Of a stretch of DNA of 64,000 nucleotides, positions 1 to 12,548 are shown piece by piece. The notes below the pieces were generated by a model, which was not told the DNA's origin, did not search any database, and was given only the letters and a program-made list of their open reading frames with translations. Numbering within the stretch: position 1 is the first letter of the stretch; each line of letters starts with the position of its first letter. This DNA comes from Schmidtea polychroa. Lineage: Eukaryota. The stretch is from positions 51,524,001 through 51,588,000 of the forward strand of contig CM097885.1 in NCBI GenBank assembly GCA_044892525.1, given 5' to 3'. The position numbers and the translations under genes are program-made.

Positions 1-286
1 CTATTGAAAATTCAGATGTTTGTGTTCGACTTAAAACGACTAACTATAAACCAGACTTGACTAAATTGATGTCACAAGTTCAACATTAGGGAGCCATTGA
101 TATCGTGGAGAAAGTTTATAAATAAAGCTTATTCAACTATGTTTGTAATTATTTTCTTAATAAAATATATCTTATTATTTACTAAAATGCTGTTTTAATA
201 CGAAAATATTTCTGACCCAAACGTCTCTTTAATACTCGCATTTTGGTTAATTTTGACCCGCGGCCATAAAAGGTTGCCCACCCCTG
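1..286 (+). mobile_element. 3' end of a Buster-type hAT transposon (left part outside the window)
   Basis: Bases 3-100 read IENSDVCVRLKTTNYKPDLTKLMSQVQH..(frameshift)GSH*, like the C-terminus of GTF2IRD2/Buster transposases. The element ends in the hAT-type TIR ggttgcccacccctg, followed by AATTAAAT (nnnTAnnn target). Confidence 0.7.
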
Positions 287-1260
287 AATTAAATAATCGT
301 AACAAAAGTTTACTATTGTATTTGCAAAAATTATATAACTTTTGATTAAGACTACAGATTTGTGACTTACTGGAACTAACAATTCCTAAATTTGTGGATT
401 TAATACAGAACATGAATATTAATGATGTTGCCTCTGCGAAACAAGAGCTACAAATGAAATTGTGTGATTCAAATGTATTGGGTTCAATGCCACATACATA
501 GGAATGACTACACGTCTTTGATCACTGTCGGATGAGGAAATTGATTAATATTATTGAAAAATATTGTATGTTGGTATTTGTATTTTTTGGAGTGTTACAT
601 GGTAAATTTTTTTGTAAAATGTTGTAATTAATGCAAAAAGTTATTAAATTTAATAAAAACTGTATTTTAATTGAAATTGAAATTTTTTATGTTTTAAAAT
701 ATAACTATCTTTTAGTAAAATAAGTGTGGTTAAAAATTTATAAATTATTTAGTTTATGATTTTTAAAATTTTATAATATCTTTTGAATTACCAATTTAAA
801 ATCTATAATTTTTTTGTTTCTATCTGAATCTGTCAAAATATATAGTATAAGTGATGTTCGAATGGTGTTTTCAAATATAAATAAAATATAAAAAAAGATA
901 ATGTATAAAAAAGATAATGTATAAAAAAGATAAAAAAGATAATGTACAATAATGTATAAAAGAACAACATCAGAGATTAGATATCATAGTATATATTCCA
1001 TGTTAGTATCTTCTTTTCCCGAACTTCGGTGTTAATTGCATCGATCATTAAATTATAAGTAAATTCACGGTTTTTTATCCTAACATTTTACAAAAATTAG
1101 AAACATTAGTAATAGGTTATTATTAATCATTTTAAATTTTTCTAACAGGCTATGGTGGAAAATATTCACAATCTATGATTTTGTTCCTTCATACATTATT
1201 GTTATTTGCTATTATACTTTAATAAAATGCCATTATATGAAATGTGAGAATACTGTAGCG

Positions 1261-1509
1261 CAGTGGTGGCCAACCCAAATCAATCGACGGGCCAAATTTT
1301 CGGAAAAATACTATCACGGGTCACAATAAAATCATTTAAATAAATATAACTTGTTTTTACGATTCAAGTAAACTTAGAATCAATTTTTAAAATTAAAAAC
1401 ATGCTTAATTCGAATATGAATTCTAAAAAAGACAATTATTGATTTGATGTTTAAAGTTGTGTCCGGGCCACATCAAAACGCTTAGCGGGCCACCGGTTGG
1501 CCATCGCTG
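1261..1509. mobile_element. hAT MITE (249 bp)
   Basis: TIRs cagtggtggccaacc / ggttggccatcgctg match at 13/15. The 8-bp TSD is ctgtagcg (1253-1260) / ctgtagtg (1510-1517), 7/8. Confidence 0.8.
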
Positions 1510-1871
1510 CTGTAGTGCATATGACTTGGTCAGCAAACTTGTTAAATTTTACAAATTACAACGAAATTAATGAAAATTGTAAAATTACATAGCCCAAAAT
1601 TACAAAAGAATTTCCAATATATTTCAACTAAATACCACAAAATTTGGCTATATGTGATTTCATCTATTAGTGTGACCTTGAAATTTAATAATATTAAGTT
1701 TTCATTTGATAGTGTCAATTTCTAATTTAAATTTCATTTAAATTTGATTATGTTGATTTTATTTTTTAAAATTAATAATTTAGTTCTGAATAAGTAATAA
1801 ACCATTAATTAAAATAAAATTAAGCTTTACTCAAACTTTAAGTTTAAATGTTTAATAATAATAAAAATATA

Positions 1872-2437
1872 GGTTCAGTCCCCTTGTTAGGGAATCCTCT
1901 TGTTCGGAAATCCCTTTGTTAGGCAATCCTCTTGCTAGGAAAAAATTTTTTCAAAATTTATTCTATTTTAATAAAATTTTATTTCTATAGATTTAATTAA
2001 ATTTTAAATAATTCACTAAAAATAGCATAAAAATAAACGATTTATATTTATTTCTTGATTAGTATCAGAGTGCGGAACATACTTTCCTTTTATTGAAGAT
2101 TACAAATTTATAATGAATGGGTCTCCAAGAAACGAAGTTAGCTATTTTTGATGTGTTAAGGATGATTGCAAAGTAATTGCAACTATTAAAGACTTGGAAG
2201 ACCTGAAAGTTAGAAACGAGCATCAGCACTCTATTTGTTATAGTGGTAACATTTTAGATGAGTGGATAACTCAAATAAATCCTGTAGTGAACAATGATCC
2301 ATTTATCTCAGGAAAAGAATTTATGACAGAGTTTATTGCGAATGTTAGATATTTATTATAATAAAATAAATTTTGAAAAAAAATATTTCCTAGCAAAGGG
2401 ATTTCCGAATAAGGGGATTTCCAAACAAGGGACCGAA
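1872..2437 (+). mobile_element. Mutator-like (MULE) deletion derivative with a FLYWCH-like remnant
   Basis: About 90-bp imperfect terminal inverted repeats made of tandem 'cccttgttagggaat'-type units. An internal frame at about 2089-2230 reads FIEDYKF..SYF*CVKDDCKVIAT..RNEHQH (FLYWCH-like). The TSD is unclear. Confidence 0.5.
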
Positions 2438-3749
2438 AATATAAAGTTAACATAATCAAATTAAAACAACATTTTTAAATTAGCAGTTGAAGGTAAAAGT
2501 TAAATTCAAACAAAAAAAAAGATTTGGTGCTTTTTGGGAACATTTTAGCGTAACTCTGAATTGATATTATATTTATATTTTAGAAGTGTACCGGTAAATG
2601 TTACAATCCGATTTCCATTCTTCCATGTGATCCAGTTAAATATATAATTAATTATTTTAATTTAAACCATAATTAAAATGATGAAATAATATTCATGATA
2701 TTTCACTATATAAACTTTGCAAAAATAACTTAATTAAAAATTAAATTACTTCTATAATAATTACTAATAAAAAACTTATAAAGCCAAAACTCAATGGATA
2801 ATTATCTGAAAATATAACATTGTTCAACGACAACAATACCGGTTTTATATTTCAATAAACTCTAAACCATTTAGTTTTTTCCACATTTCAGTCACGCTAT
2901 TTAAAAAAAAACATAAATATTTAATAATTTTTTTTTCATGGAAAGTCGGTGGTAGAATAAAATATCTTTACAATAAGACAAATCAAGCATGAATGGTAGA
3001 GGCAGCATATAATTACTATGTCAATTATCCAAGACATTTTCGTCAGAACCAAAATTAAATAACTTTTACTCTCCACCCATTCTTCATATGAAAGCGCTTT
3101 CACTCTTTTCTGTTGAATTGATTAGGTTGTCTGTTGACGAAATGATAATAGTTTACTTTCACATTTGAAACTCTTTCATGTTTAATTAATAGTTTTTATT
3201 ATTATTTAAATTATAATTGCAATATCAATAACTTTAATGGAGTTATGAAAAATATCACATTTTTTAAAATTAACCGAAATATTCAATCTTAAATTTAGTT
3301 ATCTCAAGTGATTGCAAGAATATAAAATAAAGATATTTTAAATAGTACTTGATCCCATGTGTACTAGTACTATGAGGAAAGTATAAAATAGCACTCTATT
3401 GTTTTAAAACATTCACAAAAAATTAAAAATAAATTAAAATTAAACAAAAAAACAACATAAATAAGAAAACATTTGCACAATAGAAACCTGCCAGACACCA
3501 AAGAAAATATGCTTCCAAAAAACGTTGTCTACTGCATCACGTGCAAAGAAATATAACAATGTGAATTATTGTTGTTGACCTTGAAGATTCTTTTAAAATA
3601 ATTTTTTTAAATACAAAAATATAAATAACTAAATCAAAAGTTATTATTAAGAAATTTAGAGTAAAAATCAAAATATAATTATGTTTAATATATATAGTTA
3701 TTAAAAATTTTATAAACGAATATTTTATTATAAGAAAGCTCCAATCAAA

Positions 3750-4700
3750 CATTCATCTCACGATATATTTCGAGAGTTTCCCTCTCATCATCAGGTAAGA
3801 TATAATAACTATATAAATTAAGGATTTTTAAACAAATTCATTAATTGTATTTAATATTAAATATATAAAAATTTTTTTTAATAAAAACCTTTCATTCTTT
3901 TAAAAATTATAATTCAAATAATATATTATTTTTAAATTTTAACATATTGAATTTAATTTGGTAATTTATTAATTATTTAATTTAACAACAACAATCGATA
4001 CGTTCAATGCATAAATAATTATATAAAAACATTTAAAACATAAGTATTCACCGCATTTTGCACATTAATTTTCGGATTATTGATTTTATCAATAGCGCGT
4101 CACAAATTACACATTTCCAATAATTGTCCAAATTCTTTAATAAAATTTTAAAATCAGACATACGTATTTTATTCTTACAGCCTTCTTTGTGCTCACTAAT
4201 ATTGGCCAATTACGTCTATAATGCTATCGAGCTCGAATACAGAGATGACGGGAAGTCCCTCCAATGTATGTAGCAAATTCAAGAAGTTCACGAAATAGTC
4301 TTCCATCCAAAATATGATGTTCAGTTCAGAGATATTTTCATTCCATAACAAGCAACATAATTCAATAGTTTCAACCAATGGTACATTAGTAAACAGACCA
4401 CACACATCAAACGAAACCATAATTTCATTCACATTTTGTCTATCATATTGTGCAATACAGGAAACCAATTCAAAACTATCTTTACATTCAAATTGTGATC
4501 GAATTAATGGTTTTTATAATCTATCCAAAAATCTCATACATACTGCTCATAAACTCATTATTGTGCTTACAATCCCTTCCAATCTCATTATTCAAGAACT
4601 CGAGTACGGAATGACAGGTAGTCCTACCTATGTTTGTTGCATTACACTCCTGACTTTTATAATCCCATAATGCAAATTATGCAACTGTTTACTCAACATC
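3750..4700 (-). mobile_element. Internally deleted Penelope-like retroelement (RT fragment, GIY-YIG C-terminus, hammerhead-bearing 3' repeat)
   Basis: ORF 4196-4468 has the PLE RT motif MVSFDVCGLFTNVPLVETI. Bases 4165-4050 read SDFKILL...ICDALLIK-(fs)-NNPKINVQ, like the PLE endonuclease C-terminus. A hammerhead sits at 3755-3801. Boundaries are approximate. Confidence 0.7.
3755..3801 (-). ncRNA. Minimal type I hammerhead ribozyme (Penelope-type)
   Basis: The minus strand reads AUCUUAC-CUGAUGA-U-GAGAG-GGAAA-CUCUC-GAAA-UAUAUC-GUGAGAU. It has an intact core, 7-bp stem I, 5-bp stem II, a palindromic minimal stem III and an AUC cleavage triplet. It lies downstream of the Penelope ORF remnant on the same strand. 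Confidence 0.85.
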
Positions 4701-7390
4701 CTCTAAAAACTTCGAGTACGACAAACCTATAACAAATTCAGGCGGATTGTATTCACTAAGTATATACTATAAATATTTAATCCTTTCATCGCGCTTTAAT
4801 ATAATATCATATAGTTTGCAATTAATTGATATATAAGTTATTAATTAAACTTGCCCCATCTTATCTCATTTATAAATTTTATTAATCATTTTTTTCTTAA
4901 TTCATTGTATTCATATTGTTGTGCTTATTATTAATTTCGGTAGAGTTTAACTTCTTCTCCCTCCTTCAATTAAAACAACCCGACAAATAGCGATTTGTTT
5001 TCTTTATAACAAATCCCAAAGTATGAAAACAGTTCCGATATAAACTAGTTAAATAAATTTACAAAGGATAAACTTTTCAACACTTCGACGACTGATTCTT
5101 CCGAGTAGTAACAAATATTTCTTTTTTCCATTTCCAAACAAATAACTAAAATCAATATATTTTATGAATATTTTAAGATATGATATTTTTTATTAAAAAA
5201 TTAGAAATGAGTTTTATTAATTTTATATTCTTTTATTTTGATTTTTTACAGTAAATAAAATTTTGAATTCTTGAAAAAGTTTGATTTTGATTGATTTCAA
5301 ACAATGAAAAGAGAGAAAATAAAAAAAGAACAGAAAGTATTTAAAAATTGAAACAGATAAATTCCAAGAAATTGATAAGGATTATTTTTATAATCGAAAG
5401 TCTTCTCATTTTATTCAATATATATTTTGCAGCAAAAGGCTTATATTACTATTTACTGATTGAAGATTAAAATTATTATTGTTTGTTTTTTATTTAAAAT
5501 TAAAATCTGTGAAATCCTTAATTTTTTCGTTCATCTTTTGTCTGTTTTTATTTTCTTTTAATTTTTAATTTTTAATTATTACCACTATATAGATAAATAT
5601 TTTCTGTATGTAGCACAATTTTCAGGACTGCCTCATTGTCCAAGTGTTATAAATTAAATGTTAAAAATAAAAATTATCGTGAAATTTTAAATTTCCATTG
5701 TCTAATAAATGCAATATTAATTATCACCTATTACTATTATTAACATTATTTACTCTCAGATATTAAGTTTTATATATAATAAATTCCATTAAAACTGTAA
5801 TATTGTACAAAATAAAATTTAATTTAAAAATAAATACAGAATAACAATTTTGACGTTTTTTAATTAAATATTTACATGAAACATTTTATAGTTATCTTAT
5901 TCAAAATTAATTTAAATTAATTTTCATTTGCGTTTCACACTTCAAGTAACTAGTGAAATATTTCCAAGTAAGAAAAGTATCTATCAATTGATACAATCTT
6001 ATCAATAGAAATCTACAGTTATAGAAGAATTGAAAATAAAGTTACAATAGAAATTGAAATAATTACCATTGCAAGTTTTCATTAGTGTCCATAGAAATGC
6101 AATATGTTATCATTTGAACGTTTATTATAAATTTGAGGCAAGTAGAAAATTTCCAGTTATATTCTAAAAGAAATAATTCAAAAAAAATTGTTGAAAAATG
6201 CCAACGACATCATTGGGATCAATTTTTTAATTCTCAAAATTGAAGTATTTTCTCTTTCAATAAAACAAAATTAGTAACAACTGTACTCGAAAAACTTCAA
6301 ATTTTTTTCACTAAATCGATAATAATTTAAATAATAATTTGAAATTAAAATGATAAAATAATAATTTGTCATTCAAATTTAAAATTGCATTTCTTGCCAA
6401 TTATTTTTTGGCTTAACACTTAAAAACTTCTTTTCGATTTGTGGTTCCTGAGATCGGTGGACCAAATAATTACAAATGCCCACATAGATTCTTGAAATTT
6501 CACAAATTCTCTAAATTAAATATGAGTTGAAGAAACAGACATTGGAAAATTAATGTGAGTAAAAAGGGTTAAAATCAAATATTACATTTTATCCTCCATA
6601 CATTAATTTATTGTTATTATTAATCCGGGTATTATTTCTTGATTACTACTCGAAACTTCTTTTTATCACTTAATTTTATTTAATATGTACTTAATTATAA
6701 TGAGTATGTATTAATTATGTATATTTAATATGTATTAATTTGACGGAGAAAATAATGTTACAGTTGCACCTATATAAAAAATCGAGAACCGAAATGTGTC
6801 TTAATTCTTAAATTGACTTTTTAGCATTGATAAGTCCGTTGAGACCAAGCAATGAGCTGACAACGGGTATGACTATCAAAGCTAAAGTGGCTGAGTTACG
6901 TAAAACCACGATAGGAATCTGTCCAAAACTATTTTAATGATCAGTATTATTTATTCTAAGAAAAATAAAAGATCAAAATATTATAAATAAAGTAATCAAT
7001 AATTTAAAGATTAAAAATAACCATCCTTATTAATTAATAAATTACAGTTTTAAGTGTAATACTTTTTGGATGTTAGTGCCAATACACAGGACACAAAATA
7101 TATGTATTGTTGTAAAATAATATGACTGATGAATAATCAATTTAGTTAAAATAAAGTGTATTAAATATTCAATAAAATTTCTAATGGCACACTAACTTCC
7201 AGTTTAATTGACTATTATCTATACCAGTGGTCGCCAACCTTTTAGTACCGAAGAGCACATTCCAAATTATCGATGGTGAGTAGTAGGATTGGAGCTCCCC
7301 AGACCAGGAGCTCCCCGCGCCACATATACCCCCTCCCCCCCCCCCCCCCCGGGAAAAAATTTTTTTTTTTTTAATTTTTTGTTTTAATTA

Positions 7391-8640
7391 ATTGGCCTGG
7401 CGGGCTCACACTTTTTTTCATCCCAAAAATTAATGTTCCCACCAACAGATTTTATTGACCGATACCTCATCTTAAAGCCCAGTCCAAGACCTTTCGAATG
7501 AGCTATAGGTATCATATATATCTTTAATAGTTTTAATGTTATTAACAATTGATGACCACCATCTTTTCAACGTTAAATTATTATTATTTTCCAAAATATT
7601 ATTAATTGGCCTGGCGGGCTCACACTTTTTTTCATCCCAAAAATTAATGTTCCCACCAACAGATTTTATTGACCGATACCTCATCTTAAAGCCCAGTCCA
7701 AGACCTTTCGAATGAGCTATAGGTATCATATATATCTTTAATAGTTTTAATGTTATTAACATTTGATGACCACCATCTTTTCAACGTTAAATTATTATTA
7801 TTATTCAAAATATTATTAATTGGCCGGGCGGGGACATACTTTTTCTCATCCCAAAAATTAATGTTGCCATTATCCGAATTTATTAATCGATAGCTTATTT
7901 TGAAGCGTAGTCTAAGAACTTTCAATTGAGCCATAGAAGGTATCATCATCATTAACATCGGCAAAGTTATTAAAGTTTTACCGAGACCATTTTTCAAGGT
8001 CATTTATTTTTCAAAATATTATTTTCAAGGTCAAGGTCAAGGTCATTTATTTTTTCAAGGTCATTTATTTTTTCAAGGTCATTTATTTTTTCAAGGTCAT
8101 TTATTTTTTCAAGGTCATATTTTAAAATTTAAATGTACAGAGTTCCCGACAACGATAATTATTCAACGATAGCTCATTTTAAAGCTCAGTCCAAGACCTT
8201 TCGATTGATCCATAGAAGGTATCATCATCATTAATATTGACAAAGTTATTAACAATTGATGACCACCATCTTTTCAACGTTAAATTATTATTATTATTCA
8301 AAATATTATTAATTGGCCTGGCGGGCCCCTACTTTTTTTCATCCCAAAAATTAATGTTCCCACCAACGGATTTTATTGGACGATACCTCATTTTAAAGCC
8401 CAATGCAAGACCTTTCGAATGAGCTAATGAAGGTATCATCATCATTATTATTGACAAAGTTATTAACATTTTACCAAAAATCATTTTCAAGGTCATATAA
8501 TTATTAAGTGGTCTGGCGGGCTCACACTTTTTTTCATCCCAAAAATTAATGTTCCCATTATCCGAATTTATTGGACGATACCTCATCTTAAAGCTCAGTC
8601 CAAGACCTTTCGAATGAGCCATAGAAGGTATCATCATCAT
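7391..8640. repeat. Subterminal repeat of about 195-214 bp units, each with a 19-7-19 dyad (6 copies in the left arm, 5 in the right arm at about 21240-22280)
   Basis: The unit attggcctggcgggc...catcccaaaaattaatgttccc...cttaaagc-agtccaa-gacctttcgaatgag recurs. The left arm has one extra 214-bp unit. Confidence 0.85.
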
Positions 8641-8969
8641 TAATATTAACAAAGAGAATGACTCACCCAATGACTCACCCAACGATGCCTAATATTTTTA
8701 GAACGATGACTCATCAAGGTCAAGGTCAAATTTTTAATAAAAGGTCAAGGTCATTTATTATTTTCAAGGTCATTTATTATTTTCAAGGTCATTTATTTTT
8801 TCAAGGTCATTTATTTTTTCAAGGTCATTTATTTTTTCAAGGTCATTTATTTTTTCAAGGTCATTTAATTTTTAAATAAAAGGTCAAGATCATTTATTAT
8901 TTTCAAGGTCATTTATTTTTTCAAGGTCATTTATTATTATTTTTTTTTTTAAAGTTTTTAGTTTCTAAG

Positions 8970-9024
<55 letters not shown>

Positions 9025-9600
9025 ATTATAATTATAATTATTATATACTCCTAGTCTATCCGACAAGATATTCTGTCCCCCTATGGGTATTGCTCACAAA
9101 GGTACTACTCACACTCAACAAGTAACATGGGTACTGTTCACAAAATTACTGGTAAAAATATTCAAGACAAAACTTTCTAAATTCTAAATATTATTCTTTA
9201 AATATACACTAAAATTTATTAACACATTCACATTCATCATCTCCACAGTTCATAACATTTTCAACAACATGATCTATACAATCCCTATATACACACGGTT
9301 CAGTATCCGTAAATTCCTCCATAGGTTCATCAATTTCTTGAATGCTTTCCTCATCATCTTCAGTGTTTTCTTCATCTGCTTCATCAAGGTCATTTATTTT
9401 TTTCAAGGTCATTCCCAAGGTCATTTATTTTTCAAGGTCATTTATTTTTTCAAGGTCGCGTGACTCATAAAGGTCTTTTTTTTTTCAAGGTTATTTTTTA
9501 ATTTAATTTTTTGTTTTAATTAAGTGATCATTAAATTTTTCAAGGTCATTTATTTTTTCAAAATATTATTTTTTCAAGGTCATTTATTTTTCAAGGTCAT
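7994..9600. repeat. Clusters of 17-18 bp tandem repeats tcaaggtcatttatttt(t) (mirrored at about 20270-21895)
   Basis: Clusters are visible at about 7994-8118, 8715-8930, 9383-9460 and 9540-9600. Confidence 0.85.
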
Positions 9601-9622
9601 TTATTATTATTATTAATATTAA

Positions 9623-9678
<56 letters not shown>

Positions 9679-9843
9679 CTCTTAGTCTATCCGACAAGAT
9701 ATTTTGTCCCCCTAAGGGTATTGCTCACAAGGGCACTACTCACATGGGTAATTGTCACAAGGGTACTACTCACATTCAACATGTCGTAAATTATTTTCAA
9801 ATACAAGTTCAAAGTATTATTATTTATTTTAACACGCGCGGGA

Positions 9844-9844
<1 letters not shown>

Positions 9845-9902
<58 letters not shown>

Positions 9903-10424
9903 CATTATTAGTGAAAACCTAAAATATTTTTTTTTTTTACACACACACACACACAACCCCTCAACCATTATTATTATTATCAATATTAAAAACCTAAAAT
10001 ATTATTTACACACACACACAACTCATTAACCATTATTATTATCATTATTAGTGAAAACCTAAAATATTTTTTACACACACACACACAACCCATTAACCAT
10101 TATTATTATTATTAGTGAAAAACCTAAAATATTTTTACACACACACATACAACTCATTAAACTTATTATTATTATTATTATTATTGCAAATATTAGTCAA
10201 AAACCTAAAATATTATTTACACTCACACAACCCACTAACAATTATTATTATCAATATTAGTGAAAACCTAAAATATTTTCTACACACACACACACACAAC
10301 CCATTAACCATTATTATTATTGCAAATATTAGTCAAAAACATAAAAACACTCATAAACCATTATTATTATCAATATTCGTGAAAACCTCAAATATTTTTT
10401 ACACACATATACAACCCATTAAAC

Positions 10425-10494
<70 letters not shown>

Positions 10495-10525
10495 GTGAAA
10501 AAACCTTAAATAATTTTTACACACT
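9845..10525. repeat. Minisatellite of about 60-70 bp units (gtgaaaacctaaaatatttt-(ca)n-acccattaacc-(att)n), mirrored at about 19345-20032
   Basis: About 9 degenerate tandem units combining (CA)n and (ATT)n tracts. Confidence 0.8.
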
Positions 10526-12548
10526 AAGTTATGGGGTAGAGAATTATTATATGTTTGCAATATTCTGTGTTTGCCTTTACAGGAAGTTGTCAATAAGGTG
10601 CGATAATTTTACACATACATTCTATATACACATACCTTGTTTAACATGGGTGTATATACTTCTAGTCTAACCGACAAAATATTCTGTCCCCCTATGGGTA
10701 TTACTCACAAAGGTACTACTCACACTCAACATATCGCAAGGGTATATTAATTATGGTTAGTAAATAAAACCTATCACACATACTTTAATATTTAAACGAA
10801 AAAAAAAATCAAGACAAGAGAGGACAAGGCAAAGTTTATGCATTTAGTATTGCCAGGTCTAATGAGCAGTGACCAAATATCTGTGCCTGAAAGACACGGT
10901 GGATATTTGTTCGCGTCCACAAGGGTCGTCTGTGCCTCCCCCAAGTGGGGTCAGAAGAACCTGGGCATTATAGCTTTCCGTACGGAACATTACGCCTAGC
11001 ATGGGTAGTCAACTACCAGCACATTCGAAACGTATAATTTCAAAATACATGCGTCATTGGCACTATAACCAAATTAATTAATGTTTTCACTAACACAAAT
11101 ATATATTTACAGAGGCCTCCCACTAGTTGGATTACAACCGCCCACCACGACGATCAGCTTGTAAATATATATTAATTAAGGGATAAAGAGGACCCACCCA
11201 ACCCTATTATATTTAATTTACAAATTTTTCTCGCTCTTCTGCTGGTATTCTATCTCAAAATTATCATCTCCATCGGGCCATTTGGAATACATCTTGCGAA
11301 TTGGACATATTTCTTAGTTTCTGATGTGGTGTCAACTATCATTGCTAAAATTTATATTGATTTAAAAGCAATTAACTTACATTATCTAACATTTTATCGT
11401 CACAAATTAAATTCTGTCTGACTATTAGGCAACTGTTATTTGTGGTATACTTTTTCAATGTCATTTCCCACCATAAAACACAGATACCTAAATATAATAT
11501 ATATATTTTAAAAGATTAATTCATGTCTTACATTAATAATAATATTCTTCAGGTATGACGAGTACTTTACTTAATTGCTAAAACGTCGATTTTTCCCATT
11601 TTTTCTTGACATTTGTTGAAAGTTTACATAATTTAAGTCTGATAATTCATGTTGAAGGACACCCACAATCAGCTAATTCATTTAAGAAATCCCGAACATA
11701 GCAATGTTTCACCATTTTGTCTGGTTCATTTTCTTCTATAATTCATGTTTTAATAAGAAATCTCTAAATCCAGAACATAAATCCTTTAGTGTTTCACCAT
11801 TTTGTTCATCTTCTTCATAATCATATAATTCATTTTCTTCATTACTAAGTAAAATAATTAAAATATTTTAGTAAATTCTTTATTTACTTACTTTATGGAT
11901 ACTAAAACGAAAGAAATAACGTTATATCAGAATTATATTTAAATAATTTAAATTTAGTTATTTAAACATATTTAAACACTTTAGTTATTTAAGCATATTT
12001 AAACATTAATATTATTATATAGTATAATTTTATATAATTTTATATAATATTATAATATTATAATATTATGTATTGTACACTTATATATCCTTAATTTAAT
12101 TTTTTAAATTCAAAAATTTATAATGAAGATTCTTTGAATTAAAAAATATTCTGTTAGTATTTCCAGGCAGAAAACAACGAATTCAATAATTAAAATCTTA
12201 ATTTTCATGTTGTTAGGGTTGTGGCCAGAAGTTAATCGCCATCTAATCGTTTGTTCTCAATTTCGCTCATTTTTGTTCAAAACATTCAGGTGAGTTGTTA
12301 TCTGGAAAGTTTCTTTGAGCTCAGTTTTGTTAAAACACTCACGGTATTTTTGAGGGACGTGACACTGGAAATAAATTAACAATGGGTGGTCATCCATACA
12401 TGTTGTTGGTTTGAACTGTTGATTTATTTTAGAAATATGTATATTAAAAACATTTAAGGTATCATTCAGTAAAATAATATAGTATTTTTGAGTATTTTTA
12501 GTTAATTTATAAATAACAGTATTTTGATATATCAATAAAGACCATATA

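Noticed and set aside
5070..5112. Possible second hammerhead upstream of the Penelope remnant
   Set aside because: The core and stems are too degenerate to support.
7472..8879. ORFs in the subterminal repeats (and mirrors at 21007-22200)
   Set aside because: They are translations of tandem DNA repeats with shifting frames and no protein motif.
7391..9600. CRISPR-like appearance of the regular repeats
   Set aside because: There are no unique spacers and no cas genes, and the context is eukaryotic.
9687..10495. Poly-I/Y/L/N ORFs (also 19376-20190 and 34640-35637)
   Set aside because: They are artefacts of (ATT)n microsatellites.
12257..12535. 92-aa ORF present in both arms (mirror 17318-17596)
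   Set aside because: It has no recognisable domain or ATG start, and its duplication is explained by the palindrome.
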